Part shown: positions 9,056 to 20,001 of the stretch, piece by piece
Position numbering within the stretch: the stretch's first letter is position 1
Layout of the letters: every line of letters begins with the position of its first letter
Made by a program: the position numbers and the translations under genes
Source of the DNA: Chlamydiales bacterium
GTDB taxonomy: Bacteria > Chlamydiota > Chlamydiia > Chlamydiales > JAAZZY01
DNA: 64,000 bases
Direction of reading: 5' to 3'
NCBI GenBank assembly: GCA_965206695.1
Contig: CBDBKM010000007.1
Span: forward strand, 33,239 to 97,238
The notes under the pieces: model-generated
Databases searched by the model: none
What the model was told of the DNA's origin: nothing
Seen by the model: the letters and a program-made list of their open reading frames with translations, nothing else

Positions 9056-11516
9056 TTGAATTTACAACCTAAAACGGCTCTTGTAAAACGAGATAATGAC
9101 TTTGTTGAGGTCGCATTATCTACATTAGCTGTCGATGATGTGTTCCAATGTAGGCCGGGAGACCGTATACCGGTTGATGGGGAAGTTATAGCAGGGGAGT
9201 CCTATGTAGATGAATCGATGTTAACCGGAGAGAGTATCCCCATAAAGAAAGAAATAGGGTCTCGTCTTTTTGGAGCGACTCAAAATCAAAATGGAGTAGT
9301 AACTGCCAAAGCGACTTCTGTAGGTTCGGATACTGCCTTAGCCGGTATTATTAAACTCGTAGAAGAAGCACAAGGGTCTATAGTATTTTAATTTTTATTT
9401 GATAATATGTTATCCTTCTTTTTTTATACAAACAGTAAGGATAAAACAATGCCTAGAGCCTATTCAGTAGATCTTCGAGAGAAAGTATTACAACATATAG
9501 AAAAACATCATGATAAAAAAACAGCCGGCCATATTTTTCAAGTAGGTATCGCAACAATATATCGATGGATCTTGCAAAAAAAGCAAAAAGGACATTTAAA
9601 GCCAATCCGCAGAAAATATGCTTATAAGAAATTAGATGATGAGTTGTTATCTAAATATGTAGAAAAACATCCGGATTATTTTTTATCGGAAATTGCTGAT
9701 TATTTTTCAGTCACTCCGCAAACGATTTTTTATGCCCTTAAAAGATTAAAAATTACACGAAAAAAAAAACTACTCGCTATAAGGAAAGAGATGAAAAGAA
9801 ACGGGAAGCTTTTATGAAAAATTTAAAAAATATTCCCTTTGACAAGAGAATTTATCTCGATGAAACCGGGATTCATCAATTTTTATTTCGTGAGTCCGGA
9901 AGAAGCTTACGCGGCAAAAGAGTTTTTGGAGCGGTTTCAGGAAACCGCTTTATAAGGCAAAATATTATTTCAGCCCTATCTAAAGGGCAGTTTTTATCTC
10001 CAATGTGTTTTGAAGGTACTTGTAATACCGGGTTATTCAATATTTGGCTTAAGGAAGTTTTGACTCCTCAGCTTACACCCGGTAGTGTTCTTATTCTTGA
10101 CAATGCCGGTTTTCACAAGTCAGCGGAAAGCAGGAAAACAGTAGAATCTGCCGGTTGTAAGCTTATGTTTCTTCCTCCCTATTCTCCGGACTTAAATCCT
10201 ATAGAAAAATATTGGGCTAATATGAAAAATAAAGTTAGAGAGATATTACGAAAAGTTACGAATTTTAAATTCGCCATTGATCAAGCAATCTTATCAATGT
10301 AAAATTAAATAACTATAAAGCTCCAATACAAAAATTGGCAGATTCTGTCTCTTCTGTTTTCGTTCCAATTGTAATAGGAATCAGCATATTGACCCTAATC
10401 TTATGGTGGTCGATTTTCGGGAATTTTACAGAAGCTCTTATAAATGCTGTGGCTGTATTAGTGATCGCTTGCCCATGCGCGCTTGGGTTAGCGACTCCTA
10501 CCGTGATTATGGTAGCCGGCGGTTTAGGAGCTCAAAATGGAATTTTGATAAAAAATGCTCAAGCTTTTGAGCAAGCGGGGAAAATACAGACCCTTTTAAC
10601 TGATAAAACGGGCACGTTAACTGAAGGCAAGCCGGATGTTGTAAATGTTATTTGCGAAGGCGATATGCAAGAAGAAGATCTCGTAATGTTAGCTTTATCA
10701 TTAGAGCAGTTCTCAGAGCATCCAATGGCTAAAGCTATTGTTGATTATGCTAAAAATAAAGGAATACCAAGTAAAAAGGTCAAAGCTTTTAAAGCCATAA
10801 CGGGAAAAGGTGTGCAAGCTCAGATAGATGATCATGTGATATTGTTGGGTTCTTTAAATTTTTTTAGAGATCTGGGTATTGAATGGAACAAGCAATTATG
10901 TGAGACATTAGAAGGGGAAGGAACAACTGTTGTAGCGCTATCTCGTGATAAGAGCATTATTGGGTATTTTGCCATTGCAGACAAAATAAGAAAAAACTCT
11001 CATAAAGCTGTTATGGCACTTCAAGATTTTGATGTTGATGTTGTGATGATCACAGGGGATAATCAAAAAACAGCTGCAAGCATTGCGGAGCAATTAGGTA
11101 TTAATCGATTTCATGCAGAAATTCTTCCCGATCAAAAAGTTCATGAGGTCAACATGTTCAAATCACAAAATATCACAGGGATGGTAGGGGATGGAATCAA
11201 TGATGCTCCTGCTTTAGCTACTGCTGATGTGGGGTTTGCTCTAGGGGCAGGTGCGGATATATCTATTGAATCAGCAGATATAACACTTATGAGAAGTGAT
11301 CTAATGGGAGTAGTTAATGCTATTCGTCTATCTAAATCGACCATTAGGAAAATTCGTCAAAATCTCTTTTTTGCCTTCTTTTATAATGTGGTCGGCATCC
11401 CTTTAGCAGCCTTTGGTTTGTTGAATCCAATGATAGCCGGAGCTGCCATGGTAGCAAGCAGTATTTGTATAATTAGCAATTCCCTTCTTTTGAAAAATTG
11501 GAAAACAATTTTATAG
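9056..11516 (+). pseudogene. copA: Cu(I)-translocating P1B ATPase, 5'-truncated and split by IS630
   Basis: [36 protein letters not shown] and MxxSS motifs. Removing the IS plus one TA restores [15 protein letters not shown]. The N-terminal metal-binding domain and first TM helices are missing. Confidence 0.93.
9381..10315 (+). mobile_element. IS630 family element (ISY100-like), copy 2, inserted in copA
   Basis: 935 bp, TA duplication 9379-9380/10316-10317, near-identical to copy 1. Confidence 0.97.
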
Positions 11517-11595
11517 TAGATTTTTCTTGCATTGATATTTTAATTTCAGCCATATTTTTGCAATCAGGATCTTTGGAAGTGAACCGGATTTTATT

Positions 11596-12813
11596 ATGGA
11601 GTCAATTGAATTTAAGATTAACTTGTGGGCTTTATTTTTTTGCCTATCCTTTTCCTTAGTATTAGTTGTTTTTTATTTGATAAGGCGAAAAGATAAAACA
11701 TCTCAAACACTGTTTTATTCCGATTTAAAACCCCTTAAGCATTTTCAGCAAAAAGGGCGTGTTAAATTTATTCATCTTCCCACCACTTTAAAAATAATGG
11801 CTCTTATCTTTTTCATTGCAGCTTTAACAGACCCGTATCTTTTAATTGAAAGGAAGCATCCCAAGGAGGATAGCACGAGTAAAAATAATACTGTCTTATC
11901 CAAAGAAACTGAGAAACCAAAAGAAGAGGAAATTACCCTTCCATCAGAGGGAATAGCGATCTATTTTGTTTTAGACCAATCCGGTTCCATGAGTGAAGAG
12001 ATGCATGTAGCGGCCAAAAGAAAATCTCAAAAACGGTTATCTCGTTTAGATACTCTTAAACAAGTCACTAATCAATTTATTAAAGGAAATGATAAATTGG
12101 GATTGAAAGGAAGGCATAATGATCTTATTGGCCTCGTTTCATTTGCAAGAGTTGCAAAAATACTCTCTCCTCTTACTTTAGATCATAATAATATTACTAA
12201 TGAATTATCTAAATTAAGTGTCGTAAATCATCGTAATGAAGATGGTACAGCTATTGGATATGCTATTTATAAGACTGTGAATACCATTGCTGCTACCAAA
12301 TATTTTGCAGAGCAGTTGGTGGGTAATGATCGTCCTTCTTACTCTATTCAGAAAACAGCGATTATATTGGTAACAGATGGCTTGCAAAATCCTCATCCTT
12401 TAGATAAGCATCATCCTTTACGAAACATTAGTATTAGAGGAGCTGCAAATCAAGCGAAAGAGCAGGGTATTCGTCTCTATATTATTAATGTGGTGCCTTT
12501 TTTAGCTCACCCTCAATTTCAAGAACAACAAAATGAATTTGAACAAGCAGCTTTAATGACGGGTGGCAAGTTCTTTGTCGTTGGGAATAAGAACTCTCTA
12601 CCTGATATTTATCAGGAAATTGATACCATTGAAAAAACGGAGTTATCGGATCAAAGAAAATTGAAGGTCTTAGTTACCGAAAAAATAAATCATAAAGAAT
12701 CAGATTCTTCTTTTGATCGATTTTTATTCTTCCCTTACCTAATATTTCTTGGCTTGGGATGTCTTTTATTGGCTGTCATATTACAGACAACTATTTTAAG
12801 GAGGATACCCTGA
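11596..12813 (+). CDS. batA: BatA-like VWA-domain membrane protein
   Basis: N-terminal TMs, MIDAS DQSGSM, SPLTLDH, DGTAIG, LVTDG, C-terminal TM ending RRIP. Confidence 0.85.
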   Translation: MESIEFKINLWALFFCLSFSLVLVVFYLIRRKDKTSQTLFYSDLKPLKHFQQKGRVKFIHLPTTLKIMALIFFIAALTDPYLLIERKHPKEDSTSKNNTVLSKETEKPKEEEITLPSEGIAIYFVLDQSGSMSEEMHVAAKRKSQKRLSRLDTLKQVTNQFIKGNDKLGLKGRHNDLIGLVSFARVAKILSPLTLDHNNITNELSKLSVVNHRNEDGTAIGYAIYKTVNTIAATKYFAEQLVGNDRPSYSIQKTAIILVTDGLQNPHPLDKHHPLRNISIRGAANQAKEQGIRLYIINVVPFLAHPQFQEQQNEFEQAALMTGGKFFVVGNKNSLPDIYQEIDTIEKTELSDQRKLKVLVTEKINHKESDSSFDRFLFFPYLIFLGLGCLLLAVILQTTILRRIP

Positions 12814-12814
12814 T

Positions 12815-14005
12815 ATGAAAGGTGGACTGCATCTAGGTTGCCCCTTAGCCTCTATTTTTTTTCTTTTTCTAATCCTCATTGTTGCTTTATTTATACAAAA
12901 CTTTCGAGCAAGAAAAAAAGCGCTGGCTTCTTTTGCTCATGATATTTCGTTGAAACACCTATTACGAGGCTTTTCGAGTGAAATCGCATTGCTTAGAATC
13001 ATACTCATTTGCTTAGTTTGGGCTTTAGTTGTAACAGCTCTTATTCAACCTAGAACAATAAAAGAAAGAGAGCCGAAAGCTGATAAAGGTGGGCAAGAAA
13101 ATATTTTGGATGAGACACTGATGAGTGCAGATGATCAAGAAAAAGTGATTATGCAAAGACGGGCTCATGATGTTATTTTTCTAATAGATGCTTCAGCTTC
13201 TATGTCAGTTCATGATACTAGAATGAACCGGTCACGTCTAGATTATGCTAAAGAAATTATTGATGAAATTGTTAGCCAACTGGATGGTCAGAGTACGGCT
13301 TTATATGCTTTTACATCTGAACTAACTCCTCTAGTACCCCCAACGATGGATTATTATTTTTTACGTCTTTTATTGAGAAAAATTAGTATTAATGAAGGGG
13401 ACGTTGCAGGAACTGACTTATTGGAAGCTTTGGATAGAGTTCGGCTTCAACATTTAAATACTCATGAAGAGAAATTAAAAACGTTGATTATCTTAACTGA
13501 TGGAGGCGATACACGATTAGAAGCGATGAATGGAAATGAAAGACAAAAAGAATTGTCTACATTAGTCAGTCGGTTAGGTAGTGTTGAAGAAAATAATTTG
13601 CGAGTCTTTACTATTGGAATGGGATCTAAAGAAGGTGAGATTATTCCTAACATCCAATTTGATGGTTCTGATATTCGTTCGACTTTGGATGAAGAGTTAT
13701 TACAACTGTTAAGTCAAAAGGGACGCGGGCAATACTATTTTGCTAATGACTACTCTGCGTTTTCAATTTCACAAGATTTAATGAATATTATGAGACAAGA
13801 TAATCCTTATGTAGATCATGAAGAAGAAGCTTTTAATCCCTACAAATTAGAGCGTGAATTAGAAAAAGAACAAGAAAAGAATATTGAGTATTTTAATTAT
13901 TATCAGATCCCTTTAGGACTAGCTATTTTACTTTTATCCTTAGAGGTTTTTTGGCCCTTATTGGCTTCAGGAAAGGAAAAAATTTCGATTCAAGGGAGCA
14001 TTTAA
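12815..14005 (+). CDS. batB: BatB-like VWA-domain membrane protein
   Basis: TMs, DASASM MIDAS, PPTMDY, GTDL, LTDGGD; directly follows batA. Confidence 0.8.
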   Translation: MKGGLHLGCPLASIFFLFLILIVALFIQNFRARKKALASFAHDISLKHLLRGFSSEIALLRIILICLVWALVVTALIQPRTIKEREPKADKGGQENILDETLMSADDQEKVIMQRRAHDVIFLIDASASMSVHDTRMNRSRLDYAKEIIDEIVSQLDGQSTALYAFTSELTPLVPPTMDYYFLRLLLRKISINEGDVAGTDLLEALDRVRLQHLNTHEEKLKTLIILTDGGDTRLEAMNGNERQKELSTLVSRLGSVEENNLRVFTIGMGSKEGEIIPNIQFDGSDIRSTLDEELLQLLSQKGRGQYYFANDYSAFSISQDLMNIMRQDNPYVDHEEEAFNPYKLERELEKEQEKNIEYFNYYQIPLGLAILLLSLEVFWPLLASGKEKISIQGSI

Positions 14006-14008
14006 TTC

Positions 14009-16663
14009 ATGTTTAGTTTTAAAAATGTTATGATCATTGTTTGTTTTATTGTAAGTCATACACCTGTTTTTTCAGATCAGACTTTTTTGGTCGATAAAGC
14101 AACAGATGCCCGGGTATATTTTGAGACTACTCAATATGAAAAAGCAGTAAGATGTTATAAAGAGATACTTCAACAAGAAGTCACTCCGGCTCAGAAAGCA
14201 TTAATTTCCTTTAATTTAGGCACCGTGTTACTAGCTCAAAATCAATTCAATGAGGCTCTTTCCTTTTTCGAAAGAATTGTTTTATCCGGAGAGGACAATC
14301 CACTTCTTTTAAGACGGTTATATACAAATATGGCGACAGCCTATTTTGAACAAGCTCATGCTATAGATAATGAGTTAACAATAGAATCTGAAAAGTTTTT
14401 ACAACAGTGGGAACTGGCGTTAGGTAAATTAGGGCGTTCATTAGAATTTCAAAATCAAGCGCTAAAGGCTGAGAAACAACTTATTTTAATTCAAGGAGGC
14501 GAATTAAAGGATACCCCAAAAGATTTAGAAGGACTGAAAAAAATCACAAAAGAGAGGATTGTTTCTTTAAAGGAAAAGAAAAAGGATTTTATTTTAAATA
14601 GAGTGGGGATTGAAGACGGATTTCCTCTATTAAAAGAAAACTTAGAAAATTCATTAACACAGTTAGAGTCAATTGGCACTAATCACTTAAGTGGTAATCA
14701 TTCGAAATATGCTATAGGACAACAATATGTTGCAGAGAAGAAGCTTCTCCCATTTGTAGAAAAAGTGGAGAGCCGTATTCAAGATAGTCTAAAAAAAGCC
14801 AAGCAAATAGCTGAAGACGAAATTGGGCTGACAGATGATTTACAAGCGATTGATGATCATGAAGAAGTGGTCAAAGCAAAACAGCAAAATTTCTTTTTTA
14901 GCAACGTCAGAAATCACTTTTTATCTTCTTTAGAGTCTATGCAAGAATTTAATGTATGGCAAACTCATGAGTCTCAAATGAAGGCGTTATTGCCTCTTAA
15001 ATTTCTTTTGCGCCTAGAAAAAAAGGAAGACCCTTTAGCCGGTATTTTAAATGATCGTATATCATTAGCTTCTCGGATGCAGACAGAGAAACATTCCGAA
15101 CTTATTAATGCGCTTAGGAAAGAAGAGGTTTTATCTAGAGATTTTGCTTATGCCCTTGCTACGGAGCTTACCAATGAGCTGGAAAAAAAAATACAAGAAG
15201 TCGAACACACTGACCTTCAAAATGATGATGCTACTAAAGTTATGGAATCTGAAGCTTTAGAATTGACCGTATTCAAACGAATGACGGAAAATCTAAAGCA
15301 ACGCCTGGAAATAACTCCAGATAATAACAGCCTTCATCAAGAAACCAATAACGATTTGATATTATATCACCAATTGGGAATGAAGGAAGAGGATTCTCTT
15401 TTAAAAATCTATGATGCCTGGAACAAATATATAGAAATATCTCAATCCAATTTGCTCCCTCTTCAAGGTGAATTATGGGCTTTATTAGAACAATTTCGTT
15501 GTCGTACCGGGCTTGGAAATTCTGCAGAACAAGAACAAAGAATATGTCGAGTGATTCATTATTTGGATCAGGCTCTTGCGCAAGCCAAAGAACTGAAGAA
15601 AGAATCTGAAACACAATGTGTTAGTGATAAAATAGAACGAGCGTTATTAGAATGGTGTCCACAACAATTACTATCATGGAAGTTGAATCAGTTAGAGCAA
15701 GACTATGAAACACTTGAGAAGGAAAAAAAAGTATCGGATCTGTCAATCATTAAAGTATTGGATAAGAATAAACAATTAAAAACATTTGCTATGAGTATCG
15801 GCGCTCATGAAAAAAGCAAAGCGGACCTCAAAAAACTGAGTGAATGTTTACAATATGCAACCGATGGTGCGGAATCGGCTTTGATGTTACACGGTAATAC
15901 CAAAATAGATAGTTGCCGGGTAATGATTTCTGATGCAAAGCGGTGGGTTCAAAGAGCTTACGAAGAGTCTGTTAAAGATGGTGAGAGAAATTCCATACAA
16001 ATTTTAGAGAATGGAGTTAATGAAGAATCTCATGCTCTGACGACTAATAATAGAGTTCAAGATGCACAAAGTAAGGAAAAACGAAATGCTAAGCTTCTAG
16101 AAGTGACCAGATCAACTCAACAAGTTACCCTACCCGCTGTCGATCACTTTATTGAAACAGCTATTGCTGAAGAACGGTGCAAGCGTTATGGTTCGGAAGA
16201 GGTGGGGGACAGCAATCTTTTTGGGGAAGAGGAACTTCGTCAGTGTGAACCTTGGTCGGAGGTATTGGATTTGTATAATAAAGGAGTAAGAGAAGCGTTG
16301 TTAGCAGAGGTACAGTTAGATGAAAATGATCCGGATTTTGTGCAAATAGAGAAAAAGCAGGCCCTTACCTTGCAATACTGGAAGGAAGCATTAGACAAAT
16401 TACGTAATCCGGATGATCAAGATCAAAATAATGAAGATCAACAACTTGGCGCTAGTGAAGATTCTTCTCAAAATCAGGATCAAGATTCTTTAGCAGAAAG
16501 TGGAAGCACTCCGGAAGAAGCACAGGCTAGTGACCGGGATCAGGCATCAAATTGCCGGGCTCCACCAATGGATATCTTAGAATTACTTCAGCAAATGGAG
16601 AGTGATGATCAAATTAATCAACCTGAAACATTAAATCCTAAGTCAGGGTTAAGACCATGGTAA
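14009..16663 (+). CDS. Large secreted TPR/helical protein (BatC-like)
   Basis: Signal peptide, TPR repeats (FNLGTVLLAQNQFNEAL), Q/D-rich linker and C-terminal ...RPW as in BatC-type proteins; operon position. Confidence 0.65.
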   Translation: MFSFKNVMIIVCFIVSHTPVFSDQTFLVDKATDARVYFETTQYEKAVRCYKEILQQEVTPAQKALISFNLGTVLLAQNQFNEALSFFERIVLSGEDNPLLLRRLYTNMATAYFEQAHAIDNELTIESEKFLQQWELALGKLGRSLEFQNQALKAEKQLILIQGGELKDTPKDLEGLKKITKERIVSLKEKKKDFILNRVGIEDGFPLLKENLENSLTQLESIGTNHLSGNHSKYAIGQQYVAEKKLLPFVEKVESRIQDSLKKAKQIAEDEIGLTDDLQAIDDHEEVVKAKQQNFFFSNVRNHFLSSLESMQEFNVWQTHESQMKALLPLKFLLRLEKKEDPLAGILNDRISLASRMQTEKHSELINALRKEEVLSRDFAYALATELTNELEKKIQEVEHTDLQNDDATKVMESEALELTVFKRMTENLKQRLEITPDNNSLHQETNNDLILYHQLGMKEEDSLLKIYDAWNKYIEISQSNLLPLQGELWALLEQFRCRTGLGNSAEQEQRICRVIHYLDQALAQAKELKKESETQCVSDKIERALLEWCPQQLLSWKLNQLEQDYETLEKEKKVSDLSIIKVLDKNKQLKTFAMSIGAHEKSKADLKKLSECLQYATDGAESALMLHGNTKIDSCRVMISDAKRWVQRAYEESVKDGERNSIQILENGVNEESHALTTNNRVQDAQSKEKRNAKLLEVTRSTQQVTLPAVDHFIETAIAEERCKRYGSEEVGDSNLFGEEELRQCEPWSEVLDLYNKGVREALLAEVQLDENDPDFVQIEKKQALTLQYWKEALDKLRNPDDQDQNNEDQQLGASEDSSQNQDQDSLAESGSTPEEAQASDRDQASNCRAPPMDILELLQQMESDDQINQPETLNPKSGLRPW

Positions 16664-18369
16664 TAAGACAAACACTTCGATATTGTTTTTTGTATTTTCT
16701 CTGTTTTTTAAATCTATATGCCGTTGATTTCACCATCGAAATTGATAGTGACTTAACAAGGGAAGGCAGGCCTATCCCTGCGAAGATAATCGTTACAAGA
16801 GATTGTCAACAAAAAGTTGATCTTAAGAGTTTTATTTTAGACGGTGAAAAATTAGATGTAGAATTATTATACGAGAGCAGGCAGTCATCGATTACCGTCA
16901 TTAATGGAAAAAGAAGAGAACAGAATAATCTTATCAGTACCTATAATTTTGAAATTCCGGGTAAAAACAAAGGTAGGCATGTGTTATCTGCTATTTCATT
17001 AAAAATTGATGGCTTGAATTATTATTCGCAACCGGTAACGTATGAGGTTTGTCCTACAGAAGAAAAGTCAAGTTTTAGGTTAATGGCCGAAGTTGATAAG
17101 CCCACTCCTTTGTATCCCGGTCAGCATCTAACCATAACCTATCGTATTGTCTTTACCACTCCTATAGAAGCTACTTTTGAAGAATTATCCCTTTTAGATC
17201 TTCCGGGTTTTAAAAAGAGGGGAGATAGGTCGATAAGAACATATAATCGAGGGGAAGCTTTAGTTAAAGAAATTAGCCAAGAATTCGAAGCGCAAAGAAC
17301 AGGATCTTTTGAATTCGGATCTTCTATCATAGAAGGATTTCCCTTCCGAGAAGATTTCTTCGGAAGAAGGATATACCAGAAGCCCAAATTACGTGCAGAA
17401 GCAAAGCCTATAGTGATAGAAGTGTTAGACTTTCCGGAGAAATCGCGCCCAAAAAGTTTTAATGGGGCTATTGGAAAATATTCACTGCAAGCATCTCTTA
17501 TTTCTAAGAAAGCGGTGAGTGTGGGCGATAAGCTTGAAGTAGAAGTTCGAATAACGGGTGGAGATGAATTGGCTAGCGTACGATTACCGGATCTCGCTAA
17601 TCAAGAGAAATTTAAAGGGAATTTTCGCTTTAGTGATCTACCTCCGGTAGGTAAAATTACCGGTGCTACTAAAGTATTTGTTTATGAATTAAGGCCCATG
17701 TCTCCACATATTAAAGAAATTCCGGCTGTGGAATTTTCTTATTTTAATCCCAAAACGTGTAAATATGAAACTGAAAAAAGTCAGCCGATAAGCATTGACG
17801 TTACCCCCTTAAGTAACCCTCAGAGCATTATAGTTAAAAATAAAGAGCCCTCTTCTCCGGCAGAACAAAATAGTGATATTGCTATTCAGGATGAAAGTTG
17901 GAAAGAACATCTTTTTAAACCTAAATTAATTGAAATTACCGGTAACTATCAATTATTTGAGAATGACTTTATTCAAAAAAGAACACCTTTTTCTATTCTA
18001 TATCTTTTCCCAATAGGTGCTGCTGTTATATTCGGCCAGTTAGGTCTTAGGCAGTATCTAACACATAAACAAAAACAAATGAAGAAAATGACTAGTGAAG
18101 GTGTGTTAAATCAAGCCATTAACCAAAAGAAAGACTCCGGTGCATTTTTTCATTTAATTGAAATTGCCTTACTGGAAGCTTTGAGGGAAAAAGGATATCT
18201 TGAAAAGACAATAACCAGTCCTGAAGAATTGGATCAGGATGGGATCACAGGGAAAGTACGAGACTTTCTTTGTCACATAGCTACTTTGAGATTTTCCGGA
18301 AATAAAAAGGTCTCTGTAGACAAGATTATTCAACAGGCTAAATCTTTATTTAAAGAGATTAAATCATGA
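16657..18369 (+). CDS. batD: BatD family protein
   Basis: Signal peptide, QSSITVING, FNGAIGKY, FSYFNP, C-terminal TM. Confidence 0.85.
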   Translation: MVIRQTLRYCFLYFLCFLNLYAVDFTIEIDSDLTREGRPIPAKIIVTRDCQQKVDLKSFILDGEKLDVELLYESRQSSITVINGKRREQNNLISTYNFEIPGKNKGRHVLSAISLKIDGLNYYSQPVTYEVCPTEEKSSFRLMAEVDKPTPLYPGQHLTITYRIVFTTPIEATFEELSLLDLPGFKKRGDRSIRTYNRGEALVKEISQEFEAQRTGSFEFGSSIIEGFPFREDFFGRRIYQKPKLRAEAKPIVIEVLDFPEKSRPKSFNGAIGKYSLQASLISKKAVSVGDKLEVEVRITGGDELASVRLPDLANQEKFKGNFRFSDLPPVGKITGATKVFVYELRPMSPHIKEIPAVEFSYFNPKTCKYETEKSQPISIDVTPLSNPQSIIVKNKEPSSPAEQNSDIAIQDESWKEHLFKPKLIEITGNYQLFENDFIQKRTPFSILYLFPIGAAVIFGQLGLRQYLTHKQKQMKKMTSEGVLNQAINQKKDSGAFFHLIEIALLEALREKGYLEKTITSPEELDQDGITGKVRDFLCHIATLRFSGNKKVSVDKIIQQAKSLFKEIKS

Positions 18370-19157
18370 AAGGAAAGCTGATGAACAAGCCTTTTTTCAC
18401 TCTTCTTATATTTGTTATAATGTTTTTCTGCTCTATTTTATTAGCGGAAGAGAAAAATACCCTTCAAACTGCTTATCAGACTTATTTGATGGGAGAAAAA
18501 GCAGAAGTGGTAAGTGATCGTGTTGAGGCTTTCAATAAAGCTTTAGCCGATTATACGGAACTTGAAAAACAATATCCCCCGAATCCTAAGCTATATTTTA
18601 ATATTGCGAATAATTATTTCCAACTAGGTGAATATGGTTCAGCACTACTCTATTATTATAGGGCAGAGAGGCTAGCACCCAGAGATGAACAGATTCAATC
18701 TCATATTAAATTAGCACAAAACAAAGCAAAGGTATCGGCTAATTTAAATCCTTTTAAACCGGCTAATTTTTTTAGCTTAGGCCATTTATTGGTTCTAAAT
18801 GAAAGAATGTATCTTTTTGCTTTTTTTACTATTGTAGCAACGATTGCGGGATCGATTGTTATATGGGAAAAAAGTAAATACGTTAAGACCATTAGAAATA
18901 TTTCTTTAGCTTTCGCTCTTGTTTTTTTAGCTAGTGTCACCTATTCCTATTTTTCCAAACCTCAGGCTGTTTTGATTCAGTCCTCTTTATTAACTTGTGA
19001 TGCGGGTGAGCAGTATGCTCCCATTACAAAAGAACCCGTTTTAAATGGGCAGAGGGTAAGAGTTTTAGGATGTTCAAAAGATGGTTTGTGGTTAAAAGTG
19101 GAACTGACCACAGGAGAGAAGGGATATATTTCTTATAAAGTTGCTCGTATCATCTGA
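18366..19157 (+). CDS. batE: BatE-like TPR + SH3 protein
   Basis: LYFNIANNYFQLGEYGSALLYYYRAERLAPRD, two TMs, SH3-like WLKVELTTGEKGYI. Confidence 0.8.
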   Translation: MKGKLMNKPFFTLLIFVIMFFCSILLAEEKNTLQTAYQTYLMGEKAEVVSDRVEAFNKALADYTELEKQYPPNPKLYFNIANNYFQLGEYGSALLYYYRAERLAPRDEQIQSHIKLAQNKAKVSANLNPFKPANFFSLGHLLVLNERMYLFAFFTIVATIAGSIVIWEKSKYVKTIRNISLAFALVFLASVTYSYFSKPQAVLIQSSLLTCDAGEQYAPITKEPVLNGQRVRVLGCSKDGLWLKVELTTGEKGYISYKVARII

Positions 19158-19209
19158 TTTATTTTTGAAGATGTTTTTTAATTTCAAATTGAATCTGATC
19201 AGCCTTTTC

Positions 19210-19545
19210 TTAAGTAAGGATGCCATTTTCTACCGTTTGTTTGCAAAGTGATTCACAAGAATAGTAACCGATCCTATCAGCTGTGTTTTCCGGGTAAAGG
19301 GGTTTTAAAAGTGCGTAGAAAAGGTGATAAAGTGGAAATATTTTATAGACCAATTTTCGAAAAGTACAATCCTCTTCTTGATCAAAGAGGTTTTGCATGC
19401 TATGGATTCTTTCTTCTAAAGCTATTATTTGTTTTTCAGAAAGTCGCCCATAAGGCATGCATCTTGCTCCGGTTTTTTCGATTCGATTTTTTAGAAACTA
19501 TTTAAAATAGTTGAGGTCTTCGTCCCAACCATCATGAGCAATGTG
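19210..19545 (-). pseudogene. C-terminal remnant of an unknown gene, truncated by an IS630 remnant
   Basis: The frame of ORF 19210-19458 continues upstream through one TAG to the IS630 junction; no family recognised. Confidence 0.3.
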
Positions 19546-19724
19546 ATCAGGTTCCGGACCGCCATCTCGTGCAAGAAGCACACACAAACGATTGCGTTCA
19601 TTTGTATCACGGGTCTTTTTTACCTGAAATTTAAAAGAGCTTCTTTGATTTGGAGTTAATTGCTGCATACAAAATTAATACCATATCTATACTTTTTTGT
19701 GTACCTTTCAGTAGCAAGGAGTAT
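19546..19724 (-). mobile_element. IS630 (lineage D) left-end remnant
   Basis: Left end TATACTCCTTGCTACTGAAAGGTACAC and N-terminus MQQLTPNQRSSFKFQVKKTRDTNERNRLCVLLARD, matching 21910-22362 and 41117. Confidence 0.85.
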
Positions 19725-20001
19725 ATTCAATTTTGATCGTTAAATATCATCAGCCGAGTATTTATTAATCAATTGCTATTGAGAATAAAAAAAATATATT
19801 TGATATGTATCTTTGATTTAAAAATCTTTTCCCGGAATCAGGGTGATTGATACAATTTCGTTACCTTTTGCTCAAAATTTCCCGGGAAAAAATGAAATGC
19901 TCTGTTAGGTTTTTATGAAATTTTATTCAACAGTTCTTGAATAACTGAAATCAATCAAATGTATTTCAGTTTTTAAATATCGGTAGATTGAGGTCTTTTA
20001 T

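Noticed and set aside
19826..19970. Short inverted repeats upstream of ORF 20002 as a structured RNA
   Set aside because: Stems of 8-9 bp in AT-rich DNA with no recognisable riboswitch or ncRNA motif
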